Source: Candidatus Bathyarchaeota archaeon (GTDB lineage: Archaea; Thermoproteota; Bathyarchaeia; Bathyarchaeales; Bathycorpusculaceae). From it: a DNA stretch of 64,000 bases. The stretch lies in assembly GCA_963739305.1 (NCBI GenBank), contig CAVTZU010000018.1, positions 85,682 through 149,681 on the forward strand, written 5' to 3'. This document shows, piece by piece, positions 51,260-60,949 of this stretch. A program made the translations under genes and the position numbers. Positions within the stretch are counted from its first letter, which is position 1, and each line of letters begins with the position of its first letter. Under the pieces are notes generated by a model, which did no database searches, had not been told where the DNA came from, and saw only the letters and a program-made list of their open reading frames with translations.

Positions 51260-51415
51260 ATGGTTAATTGTCCAGAATGCGGGAAACCGTTGAAAAAGAG
51301 CGGGCGTAAGTCCAGGTACTGTTGCGAAAACAGCGTTTGCTCCGTTATATTTGTTCGTCACCCTGACAACCAGTCCATAATGGAGATAGCATACAAGGCC
51401 AAGGCTCGCTCTTGA
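51260..51415 (+). CDS. 51-aa zinc-finger microprotein (not in ORF track)
   Basis: MVNCPECGKPL...YCCENSVC. Confidence 0.6.
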   Translation: MVNCPECGKPLKKSGRKSRYCCENSVCSVIFVRHPDNQSIMEIAYKAKARS

Positions 51416-51618
51416 ATCTTGTAAATGGTGAAATAGATGGGTGGTAAGGGCAGAGACAAAAGGAAAAGAAGAGAAAAGAAAAGAGAAAGAAGGAATTTGT
51501 GATAGGCTATTCTCTGGTTTTTGTCAGTTCTTCCAGCTCATGGGTTGGCTCGAGCGCGCTCCAAGTTTCTGTTAAACAATGAAAGCGAAGGGGAAAATTC
51601 AAGTTGGCTTGGTGATTG

Positions 51619-52075
51619 CTATTGTTTCCGCGCATAGATGGACTCTGTCTTATAACCTATTCTTTGCCAATCATCGTATAAATACGCGTATATGGTGGAG
51701 TACCCCGTTTCCTTGGGTGTGAACTCAGCTGATTAACGGGCTTCCTCTCCAACGGGAAGATCCTTTACCTCTGTTGTGGCTTGCTTTTCAGACTTTCCTG
51801 AGGGGGGTTCCACCCAGAATTCCAGTTTCAGCCCCGTACTTTTTTGCAAGCCCTTGACTGTTGCCTCGACACTGATGGTCTTTCCAATCATCGTATACGG
51901 GTTTGAAAGCACCAGCAAGCTTCCGATTTCCGCTTTTTCCCCGCTTACTTTGATTTTCGTCCAACCGGATTCCCACCAGAAATATTTTTCCCACCAAACT
52001 TACGTCCTCTGATGGTGACGTATACATCGGCTGGTCCAAACGCGTTAACCCGGAAGACCACTTCCTTCTCTGGCA
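51619..52075 (-). pseudogene. C-terminal fragment of a beta-rich protein (frameshift plus internal TAA at 51733)
   Basis: The reading frame continues past the stop: ...GEEAR*SAEFTPKETGYSTIYAYLYDDWQRIG. Confidence 0.55.
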
Positions 52076-52081
52076 CGCGCA

Positions 52082-52465
52082 TCTCTCTTTAAGTCTCCAG
52101 CGTCTGATCAAATACTTGGCTATGCACAGCTGAACGCAATTCCAGCTGAAAAGTGCAACGAACGTGCTTGACAACAACGACACTGTCATAAATGCGTAGA
52201 CCTGAAACGCGATATTAGGAGGCGGGTTTAGGCTATTGATCATACTATGTATTATCTGAACGCCCCAAGGAATGGTTTCATCTGTTATAGACCACAGTGT
52301 CAAGGCTGCAACTACTGTCAGGGTCTTTCTTGTTCCCAGCAGATTGTCGAAGAAAGCGACCGCGAAAAGCCAAAGAACGCCCGCAAGAGTACCCGTACCT
52401 AACATTTGACCTAAAACTGTAATCATTAAGAAGTACGACGTAACGACGACGTGCAAAGACTTCAC
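52082..52465 (-). pseudogene. Membrane protein whose 3' end is replaced at a CG-run junction
   Basis: Hydrophobic ORF from GTG 52465 becomes non-protein-like after 52081. Confidence 0.45.
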
Positions 52466-52743
52466 TCTCCACCTTCCTTGCCTGTGCTTATTGGATAGAA
52501 GAGCTCCACAAAAAAGGTTGAAACACTTCGATTTCCTTCGTTTTCTAGTCAAAATCAACGAAAAACTCCGAAACAAAAAGCGAAATACAAAATTGAAGCT
52601 TTTATGGCAAAAACACCATTCGACACATTCCTAGCCCGCGCCTTGATGTTGCGAACAAGTTGTACAAAAATCCTTTCGAAACCTTCATAAACGCTAGAGG
52701 GTGTTCGAGAAACGCTGAAGAGCGCGGAAAGAGAACAACAAGG

Positions 52744-53976
52744 ATGGAAAGACGTAGACTTGCAGTATTCGATGTTGAAGGTGTGCTAATTCCTAAAAGG
52801 CGCTATCTACTCTTTGAGGTAGGCAGGAAACTTGGCTTTTCGCAGTTTGCAAGAATAGCTTTGTATGGAGTATTATACGAGCTGGGTCTAATTTCACTGA
52901 AATCCGCAATGAAGCATGTGTTCAAGTTTTTCGAAGGTTTCCCGGCCGATGAGCTTCTTCAGATTTTTAGGCAGATTCCATTGTTGCCTGGTGTAAAAGA
53001 GGTTTTTAGGAAACTGAGCAGCGCAGGCTGGAAGACCGCGTTGATAAGCTCTGGGTTGCCAACTTTTGTCGTTCGGGATTTGGCGTCAAGGCTTGGCGCT
53101 GACTATGCTTTCGGTTTTGAGTTGGGAACGAAAGACGCTGTTGTGACAGGAGAGATATGGGGAGACACTATTGAGCATGAAGGAAAGCTTACGATTTTGA
53201 GAAGGATCTTGGAAACCGAGGGATTAACCCCAGAAGACTGCGTTGTGGTTGTAGACGACCGAAATAACGCTCCAATAATGCTTCCAAAGATGCTGAAGAT
53301 AGGCTACAACCCTGATTTTATGGTCCGTATGAAAGCGGATTATGTAGTGACTGGGTATCCAATCAAAATCCTTTCCATGATTGAAGGTCAACCGAAAAGC
53401 CGAAGTTTGCCAACTAAGAATGATGTCCTTCGAGAGATCATTCATGCGTCCGGCTTCACAGTACCCGTTCTTTCGAGTCTGATAGGTGTCTACACCATTG
53501 CTTACCTCATCTTGTTCGTAACCGCCTTCTACGTTATCTCCGAGTTAACAATGATGGAGAAAAGGAGCTTGCCAGTAATCTCGTCAATAACTCGCCATGC
53601 CGCCACACCAGAAGAACTCTATGAATTCCGTGCCGCACCCGTATTCTTTGCTTTCGGAATACTGCTCACTCTACTCCTCTTTCCACGTCCTGCAAGCAGC
53701 GCCGCCATTGTGATATTCGCGCTCGGAGACAGCACAGCTTCAATCTTCGGAAAAATGTTTGGAAAGAAAATACTCTTTTTTAACAAAGGAAAAACATTAG
53801 AGGGTTCACTCATTGGTTTCGCTTTTGCCTTCTCGGCCGCCGCATTCTTCGTGACCCCGTTGACGGCGGCATCAGGAGCAGCTGTAGCCATGTTGATTGA
53901 AAGTCTGCCATTGCCAATAAACGACAACCTGGCTGTCCCATTAATCACAGGAGCTTTGCTGACTTTAATTCGTTAG
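52744..53976 (+). CDS. HAD (phosphoserine phosphatase-like) domain fused to a CTP-dependent dolichol/phytol kinase-like membrane domain
   Basis: AVFDVEGVL, LISSG, VDDRNN; then REIIH, ALGDSTASIFG, KTLEGS and DNLAVP motifs. Confidence 0.8.
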   Translation: MERRRLAVFDVEGVLIPKRRYLLFEVGRKLGFSQFARIALYGVLYELGLISLKSAMKHVFKFFEGFPADELLQIFRQIPLLPGVKEVFRKLSSAGWKTALISSGLPTFVVRDLASRLGADYAFGFELGTKDAVVTGEIWGDTIEHEGKLTILRRILETEGLTPEDCVVVVDDRNNAPIMLPKMLKIGYNPDFMVRMKADYVVTGYPIKILSMIEGQPKSRSLPTKNDVLREIIHASGFTVPVLSSLIGVYTIAYLILFVTAFYVISELTMMEKRSLPVISSITRHAATPEELYEFRAAPVFFAFGILLTLLLFPRPASSAAIVIFALGDSTASIFGKMFGKKILFFNKGKTLEGSLIGFAFAFSAAAFFVTPLTAASGAAVAMLIESLPLPINDNLAVPLITGALLTLIR

Positions 53977-54000
53977 CGCGCGACAACTAGCTCGCGCTGT

Positions 54001-54126
54001 GCCACGCGCGCGCAATTTAAGGTGTTACACTTTCCCATTCTGACAACATTGCTCAAAAGTCGCTCTCTTTCTAACACTGTTACAAAAAGGTCGTGTACGA
54101 AAAATTTCTAATACAGACGCGCGTTA
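54001..54126 (-). repeat. Spaced-motif element A (TGTTACA..CAACATTGC..TGTTACAAAAA), flanked by CG runs
   Basis: Inverted counterpart at 56087-56206. Confidence 0.65.
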
Positions 54127-54178
54127 TTGTGGCAAGTTTATTATATTCTTATTATCCTATCGGATGTAGTGATTTATT

Positions 54179-54982
54179 ATGGAAAGCGTAGCAAGCATGT
54201 TGAACCTCTCTGGCAAGACTGCTATCGTTACGGGAGGTGCCGCTGGAATAGGATACGGCATAGCCTATCGCCTCGCCGAGGCAGGCACGAATGTCGTTAT
54301 TGCGAACAGGGCAAGGGCGGACGGACTTCACGCGGCTAGTGAACTATCGAGCAAAGGATGGAAGGTTACAGCCATACCAACAGACGTGTCTGTCGAAGAA
54401 AGCGTGAAGAAAATGGTTGATGAAACAGTGAAGAGGTATGGGGCAGTAGACATACTTGTCAATAATGCTGGTGTATATCCGGAAATCCCTCTGCGACAGA
54501 TGTCGCTATCAGACTTTGAGAAAGTGATCGCAATCAACCTGCAGGGAGTGTTTCTCTGCACAAAATATGTCTCGGAGCAGATGATTAAGCAGCGGAAAGG
54601 AGGGAAAATCATCAATATTACCTCGATAGATGCGCTGCATCCTTCTTCGGTCGGACTTGCCCATTACGACGCGTCAAAACATGGAGTGTGGGGTTTTACG
54701 AAGAACGTTGCGTTGGAACTTGCCCCCTATAAGATATGGGTGAACGCGATTGCTCCAGGAGGAATTCTGACGCCAGGCGTACAAAAACTTCAACAATCAA
54801 TACCTGCTTTTGGGGGCGCAGATGTGCAAAAAATGCTTGAGTCGTTGTTAGAAAGGATACCTATGAAAAGGCTAGGTGAACCGGATGACATCGGCAAAGT
54901 CGCCCTGTTTCTGGCCTCAGATATGTCTTCATACATGACAGGAGAACAGATTATTGTTGACGGCGGAGTCCTCTTAACGTGA
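54179..54982 (+). CDS. Short-chain dehydrogenase/reductase
   Basis: TGGAAGIG, NNAG, YDASK and VDGG motifs. Confidence 0.9.
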   Translation: MESVASMLNLSGKTAIVTGGAAGIGYGIAYRLAEAGTNVVIANRARADGLHAASELSSKGWKVTAIPTDVSVEESVKKMVDETVKRYGAVDILVNNAGVYPEIPLRQMSLSDFEKVIAINLQGVFLCTKYVSEQMIKQRKGGKIINITSIDALHPSSVGLAHYDASKHGVWGFTKNVALELAPYKIWVNAIAPGGILTPGVQKLQQSIPAFGGADVQKMLESLLERIPMKRLGEPDDIGKVALFLASDMSSYMTGEQIIVDGGVLLT

Positions 54983-55491
54983 AGAAGTAACAACTGCCAG
55001 ATATTTCCTAGCAAGGATGAGGGTCAATACTAGCTCAACAAGTATTGAGGTTCCCAGAATAAGAGCGCGCGCTATTCTGCAATTGCGGAGGCAACGTACT
55101 AGAACTGTTTGTTAGGAACTAACACGAAAAGATGCTGCATTTTATCCAAAGTTTCACCTTTCATCCATCAAAAAACTCTAAAAAAGGGCCCGAAGCCACG
55201 CCAAACGCGACCCCACTCCGCGGTAGCTAGCGCGCGCGACTTTTGTAACAAAAAACTGCACAAACATGTAACAAATCAGATTTTCCTAGTTTTTCCAAAA
55301 GACAACAAACCCAGCATCTTTTTTACTGTTTTTTCTCTCACTGGTGACTTGTAACGCGCGCTACTCTAATGGTTGATTAGTTTCAAATGAGAGATTTTTT
55401 GCCTATAGAACTTACTTCCACAAAGCTCTTATTCTGACATTGTATTAGAAATCCAACTGCGTGAGCGAGGAGTCAGGAGGTGTGAAGAAAA

Positions 55492-55983
55492 GTGAAAAGT
55501 TTCGGCAATAGAGGCCGCATAGTTCTCATAATTCTATTTGCAGCAATTCTAGTTTTCTCGGCGACTTCTTCTTTTGGCAATGCGCGAAGTTCCGAAGACT
55601 ATGGCGTGCCCTTCAAAGCTACCGCCAAGGCATATGCAGTCGCCGTAAGTGGTCCACCGATCTTGGAAATATACATCTCTGGAAGCGGGCATGCGACGCA
55701 TATGGGCAAAATAAGCATCTGGCAGCACCACTTCGTCAACGTCATATCGATGACCTTCTATGACGGAAGATTCGTTTGGACCGCAGCAAACGGTGATACT
55801 ATTGAAGGAGGTTATTACGGTTCGATGGTTCCCACATCGGTTGGGTTCGAAATCCACGGGCATTTCACGATTGACGGCGGGACAGGAAGATTTGAAGACG
55901 CAGTAGGGGGAGGAATCGCTTCGGGCATGCAGTACTTTGACAATACCGCCGATCTTAGACTTGACGGGACAATAACGTATTAG
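55492..55983 (+). CDS. Secreted beta-rich hypothetical protein
   Basis: Signal peptide; G.ATHMG, AANGD and GGTGRF motifs; GGAGGTG RBS. Confidence 0.7.
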   Translation: MKSFGNRGRIVLIILFAAILVFSATSSFGNARSSEDYGVPFKATAKAYAVAVSGPPILEIYISGSGHATHMGKISIWQHHFVNVISMTFYDGRFVWTAANGDTIEGGYYGSMVPTSVGFEIHGHFTIDGGTGRFEDAVGGGIASGMQYFDNTADLRLDGTITY

Positions 55984-56086
55984 AGTCACGACAACAACAG
56001 CGCCAGACATTTCGCATCGCGAGTCGCAGCTGTGACGTTTCTAACTAGAAACGGACCAGTCTCAAATTTTCCCCATTTTTCTTCTC

Positions 56087-56206
56087 CGCGCTCTAATGAC
56101 AATTTCGTATTTTTTGATGACGTTTTTGTAACAATTTCCATTTTGAAGCCCCCTATGGCAATGTTGAAAGTCCATGAAATGTAACAAGTTATAATACGCG
56201 CGTGCC
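56087..56206 (+). repeat. Spaced-motif element B (TTTTTGTAACA..GCAATGTTG..TGTAACA..CGCGCGTG)
   Basis: Same motifs and near-identical spacing as the reverse complement of element A. Confidence 0.65.
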
Positions 56207-56331
56207 AGTTGCGTCAGGTTTCTAAACCCATGTTTAAACTGTTAACGGAAACATTTTTCAGTTAAGATTCTTGTTTCAAAAGCTCCGTAGCCATAACCGT
56301 GATTCTGAGGCCACGTCATTTCCCATTCTCC

Positions 56332-56619
56332 TTAACCTTCATAACGCGCTGCCCATTTATGAGAGTGTCGTATAGCCAAGATTCCAATGATCACGCTCAA
56401 AATACCCAGGAAGATAAGAACCAAACCAATTACATCCACTATGATATAGAAGTCAGGATTTATCGCAGAGTTCTTAAATACAAGTACTTCCAGGAATATT
56501 CTTCCTGACAAAAATGCCACACCCAATCCGACTCCAGCAGCACCCAACAACATAAAAAACCATCCAGTATAAGCTGAGCGCGTTGGGTTGCCCCAGAACA
56601 GACTAGCAGAATTTGACAG
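56332..56619 (-). CDS. Small two-TM membrane protein (possible CTG start)
   Basis: Two hydrophobic segments; the frame is open to CTG 56619, which follows AGGTGG. Confidence 0.5.
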   Translation of the reverse strand: MSNSASLFWGNPTRSAYTGWFFMLLGAAGVGLGVAFLSGRIFLEVLVFKNSAINPDFYIIVDVIGLVLIFLGILSVIIGILAIRHSHKWAARYEG

Positions 56620-57035
56620 GATTCGCCACCTTCATGAACACGTAAGCATAACAGGTTTAAGGTTTTTTCGCGCTAAATTACTTTAGGATGCTCACTGAGC
56701 CCTATTATGGAAAAATCTTCAAGAAAAACTGGTGCCTAAAACCCTTCACGGGATTAACTGAATTCAGAAGCACGGAGTCTCACTTAAAAATCGATTGAAG
56801 AGACTATGCCGATAGAACGTTGGAATATTGAAAGAGCAAACAGTATAGACGTCCCTAAACACGGCATTATCGCGCACTTTTTGGCCTAACGCAAAGACAA
56901 AAATCTCAAGTCTGCACGGCTTTCGTGTCTTTGGTAGTTTGATTTATGCTCTGTTGATAAAAAAAGAAAAAAAGTGAATGAACAGTATTCATGCTGCGCT
57001 GTGGTAAGTTACATAAAGGTCGAATGTATACAAGA

Positions 57036-57269
57036 TCAGGTTTCCTGACGGATTTGCATTGGGCCTCCAGATGGAGAAGTGATCAATGCCCTGTAGAATT
57101 TCATCTCCTGAAGAGAACGAAAAGGGTTTTCCTCGAATTCCCATCGCCATCTTTTAAGATCACACTTGTATCTCGGGAAAACATTATTCATTAACGCTAT
57201 GTAACCTTTTTCGTCGTCGTTCGCGTAGGATCTTATAGTCAAAGAATGTTGAGACACTATCCTCACCAA
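57036..57269 (-). pseudogene. N-terminal fragment of a GNAT-like acetyltransferase
   Basis: IRSY...DE....LMNNVF....W.WEF..NP, then the similarity breaks off. Confidence 0.5.
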
Positions 57270-57622
57270 ATGCCGTAGTGCTACACGCGCTCACTCGCGC
57301 GGGCTTCTATTTGACGAAGACTCCTTTGCTCTTTAGGTGTTCACTGATGCGCGCGTGTGTGATAACAACACATTCAACTTTCGCTTCAGTTTGAGCCTCA
57401 AAAAAATCACGCATTGAGTACTCAAACACAAGGACTCGAATCTCAACATGGAGCAGCCAGCGCCCCATGCTGTTTCTCGGGCGGCAAGCCTGAAACCGGA
57501 GGCGTCTCATCAAAAGGTTTATTCACAGGCACATAAAGTACAGTTGTAAACGTTCACACAATGCCCTAACGAGGCAAGCATCCGATGTGAACGCCACGAA
57601 TGATGAAGAGAAGGAAACCCCG

Positions 57623-58234
57623 ATGAATTCAAAACCTGGCGAACAGAGAACCGGTCAACTGGCCGTGCCCGGAGACCGTTTAGGCGTGATTGAAGAGTTC
57701 ATCCCCGACGCCGGAACATACGTGAAAGACGGCGTCATCTACTCCAAGGTCATCGGCCGCGTCCTCATCGACCTCGTTCACAGACGCGTCCAGGTCCACC
57801 AGCTCATCGGCCTCTCCAGAGTCCCCGCCGTGGGCAGCACCGTCCTCGCCCAGGTCTCAAACGCACAATCAGACACCGCTGGCGCGCGCATCTTCGAAAT
57901 CGGCGAAGAAGAGATCAACGGAGTCTTCACGGGCATCCTCCACGTTTCCGACGTGGCACTGAGGTACGTGGACTCGATGTACGACGTCTGCAAAGCCGGC
58001 GACATCATAAGGGCGCAAGTGGTCAGCGAAAAGAACAGAACCTACCACCTGTCCACAAAAGACAAGAACCTCGGCGTCGTGTACGCCTTCTGCTCGAACT
58101 GCGGCACACTGCTCGAGCCCAAACGGCAGGGCATGCACTGTCCAAAGTGCGGAAGAATCGAAAAACGCAAAACAGCGTCCGACTACGGAAAAGGACTGAT
58201 ACACCACAGGAAGGAGGACCTGGATGAAGGTTAA
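57623..58234 (+). CDS. csl4: Exosome complex RNA-binding protein Csl4
   Basis: VPGDRLGVIEEF, S1 domain, GDIIRA, LGVV and CSNC/CPKC motifs. Confidence 0.92.
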   Translation: MNSKPGEQRTGQLAVPGDRLGVIEEFIPDAGTYVKDGVIYSKVIGRVLIDLVHRRVQVHQLIGLSRVPAVGSTVLAQVSNAQSDTAGARIFEIGEEEINGVFTGILHVSDVALRYVDSMYDVCKAGDIIRAQVVSEKNRTYHLSTKDKNLGVVYAFCSNCGTLLEPKRQGMHCPKCGRIEKRKTASDYGKGLIHHRKEDLDEG

Positions 58235-58508
58235 CGTGCTCAAAAAAACTTCAAACGAACTCAAGATTGAAATCGAAGGAGCCGGCCACACGGTGTGCAA
58301 CCTCCTGCAGAAGAAAATATTGGAAGAGAAAAACGTGGACATGGCCGGCTACGACATACCCCACCCCATGACTCCCACCGCCGTAATCTACGTCCGCACG
58401 AAAGGCGCTGTCAAGCCCGAACAGGTTTTGCGAAGCGCCTTGGGAAACGCGCGCGAGATGAACAAGGAATTCAACAAAGAATTCACCAGAGCACTCAAGG
58501 AAAAGTAA
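58224..58508 (+). CDS. rpoL: DNA-directed RNA polymerase subunit L (Rpo11)
   Basis: IEGAGHTVCNLL and AGYDIPHP motifs. Confidence 0.92.
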   Translation: MKVNVLKKTSNELKIEIEGAGHTVCNLLQKKILEEKNVDMAGYDIPHPMTPTAVIYVRTKGAVKPEQVLRSALGNAREMNKEFNKEFTRALKEK

Positions 58509-58908
58509 CCCTTTTTTTCACCGTCGCCAACAGCGCGCTCAAACCCTCAACCGCGTCTCCAGCCTTCCCCATAACCGCCACACACTCGTCCAGAGTGACG
58601 TAACCGTTCAGCCAAGCATAAACAATCAACGCTTCCGCCGCGTCCGCAAGCGCGTGTCTCGTCATCCGCCCACCCAAACACTCCCTCAGCCCAGCCCTCC
58701 TCAAGCCTTCGGCGAGCACGCTTCCCTTAACTCTAACACCCAACGGCTTCCGCCTCCTGTTCGACAGCGCGAGCGAATACGCAAAGTTCACGAACGCATC
58801 TCCCAACGAAGCCAGATCACGATCAGCCAAAACCTCAGCAAGGCTTCCGCGAACAGTCTGAAAGGCAAACACGCCCTGCCTCTGCCCAAACCTCAAACCC
58901 CCGTCCAC
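58495..58908 (-). CDS. Archaeal ribonuclease III-like family protein
   Basis: LASLGDAFVNF.YSLALS and DAAEALI motifs. Confidence 0.7.
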   Translation of the reverse strand: MDGGLRFGQRQGVFAFQTVRGSLAEVLADRDLASLGDAFVNFAYSLALSNRRRKPLGVRVKGSVLAEGLRRAGLRECLGGRMTRHALADAAEALIVYAWLNGYVTLDECVAVMGKAGDAVEGLSALLATVKKRVTFP

Positions 58909-58975
58909 CGTTTCCGTTCATTAAGCTTATAATCGCTGCCCCTCACTGTAATGTTGAAGTCGCCGAGGAAATGTC

Positions 58976-59560
58976 TTGTCCGTGAAAAGGTTTCGCACAA
59001 TCAAACCTGAAATCCGCGTCCTAGGGGTTGACGATGGGCCATTCAGTCCTCATCATGGCTTCGCCTCCGTTGTCGGCGTCGTCTTCCGCGGCGGCTACTG
59101 GCTCGACGGTGTGCTGAGCACCAAGGTCAAGGTTGACGGTTTCGACGCAACAGACAGGATAGCCTCGATGATAGTTGATTCCCCGCACCACCGTCAGGTG
59201 AGAGTAATGATGCTCGACGGAGTGACGTTCGGCGGTTTCAACGTGGTCGACATCAAAAGGCTTAACGCCCTCACTGAGCTGCCCGTCATAGTTGTCACAC
59301 GCGACAAACCCAACTTCAAAGAGATTCACGCAGCGCTGAAGAACTTGCCGAACAGCGCAGGGCGCTGGAAAGCCGTTCGGAACGCCGGACAGGTTTTTGA
59401 AGTGCAGACCAGAAGCAGACGCGAGAAGGTTTACATGGAAATCTTCGGCATCCGCGAGAGCGACGCACGGAAGATTCTGCAGCTCACCTCCACGCGGAGC
59501 AACATCCCCGAAGCCCTTCGCGCGGCGCATCTAATCGCTTCAGGCATCAGTCAAGCTTAG
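58976..59560 (+). CDS. DUF99 family (endonuclease V-like) protein
   Basis: LGVDDGPF, DG.DAT, DGVTFGGFN and PEALRAAH motifs. Confidence 0.85.
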   Translation: MSVKRFRTIKPEIRVLGVDDGPFSPHHGFASVVGVVFRGGYWLDGVLSTKVKVDGFDATDRIASMIVDSPHHRQVRVMMLDGVTFGGFNVVDIKRLNALTELPVIVVTRDKPNFKEIHAALKNLPNSAGRWKAVRNAGQVFEVQTRSRREKVYMEIFGIRESDARKILQLTSTRSNIPEALRAAHLIASGISQA

Positions 59561-59639
59561 CCTGAATACTTGCCGAAACATGAAAAAGTTTAAAAGAGAC
59601 TTTGCTAAGGCTAAACAAACGAACGACGGAGAAAAGTTC

Positions 59640-59993
59640 ATGGAATTCTGCCCAAAATGCGGTTCCAGACTTGAACCCAAAAAAGGAAAAAGCGGCAAAG
59701 AAAAATCGTTAGTTCTGGCCTGCACAAAATGCGACTACAGGAAACCGGCTGCAAGCAAGAAGATCGAACCTAAAGTTGCCAAGATATTCCAGCACAAGCC
59801 AACACAACTCGTGGCGGTGATAGGTAAAGAAGAACAGAAACTGAGAACCCTACCAACAGTGAGAATGGAATGCCCAAAATGCGGGAACAACCTGGCATAC
59901 GTGTGGCAGGTGCAAACAAGAGGCGCGGACGAATCCTCAACACAGTTCCTGCGCTGCACGAAATGCAACTACACATTCAGAGAATACAGCTGA
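59640..59993 (+). CDS. tfs: Transcription factor S
   Basis: MEFCPKCG, CPKC, QTRGADE and CTKC motifs. Confidence 0.93.
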   Translation: MEFCPKCGSRLEPKKGKSGKEKSLVLACTKCDYRKPAASKKIEPKVAKIFQHKPTQLVAVIGKEEQKLRTLPTVRMECPKCGNNLAYVWQVQTRGADESSTQFLRCTKCNYTFREYS

Positions 59994-60501
59994 ACACTCC
60001 GATTTTGATGCACAAAGTGGAATTGCGAACGTCGTGCGCTGCTTACTAAGTGAGATTCAGAGACCTCGATATTGATCATGGCACGCGCTAATGTGCTTTT
60101 TTCGTATCTTTTGCTAAGACTCTTTGAGCAGATGATGGAAACTGTTGTCGCCAATTCTTCCTGACGGGACGTGTTTGCTTGGCTGTTTGAATCGTTTGAT
60201 TCGTAGAATCGGCACAGCCTACAGTGTTGATGTCATAGAACTAAGGTTCCATTAGTTTTTAATACAGTATTCTCGATAGTTGTTCTACCTGTTTTCAAGG
60301 ATTCAAGTGAGAAAGGAGGAAGGCGAAAGGGGCTAGCTGTGAGGCTATCTGCTGCTTGAATTTTTCGTATCCGCTTCCGGCAGGAGGGATTGGGCAGCGG
60401 GGGCGCTGCAGCGTGCGCTTGCAGCCAGCTTCAGAACACCTTCGTTCCTAGACAGAAGGTCACCAATCAACCTACGATAAGTCTGAGTTAGGTGCGCATG
60501 C

Positions 60502-60860
60502 ATGGCTAAGCATCGGGACAGAATCGGAATCATAGCGGACGTGTTGAAAGCCGCGGGAAAAGGTGTAAAAAAGACGAGATAATGCGCACGGCAAACTTGA
60601 GTTGCGGGATTCTGAAGAAGTACTTGGATGAGGCTGTGGGCTTAGGCTATCTGTCGCTCAACCAGGAAGAGTACAAAGTCACCGAAGACGGAGATGTCTT
60701 CCTAAAAAAGTACGTCGAGTATTCGAGCCGATACTCAAGCGTGGGAAGAGAATTGGAAAACATGAAACTGGAGAAAGGAGTTGACGAGAATGTGTATGAA
60801 CAACAGGAAGTTTGGATTGAAGTCTTCAGCCAACAAGGGGCAACTTGTTCAAGCCCCTGA
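60502..60860 (+). pseudogene. Archaeal winged-helix regulator, frameshifted near 60580
   Basis: MAKHRDRIGIIADVL...KKT, then IMRTANLS...YKVT..G in the shifted frame. Confidence 0.65.
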
Positions 60861-60949
60861 CTCAGGTTCAGAATCTGGCTAGGCGATTGGTCTTACGCGC
60901 ATTGGATAAACCCTAGTGTACGAGGAAGATCGCGGGATGGTTCGAGCGT

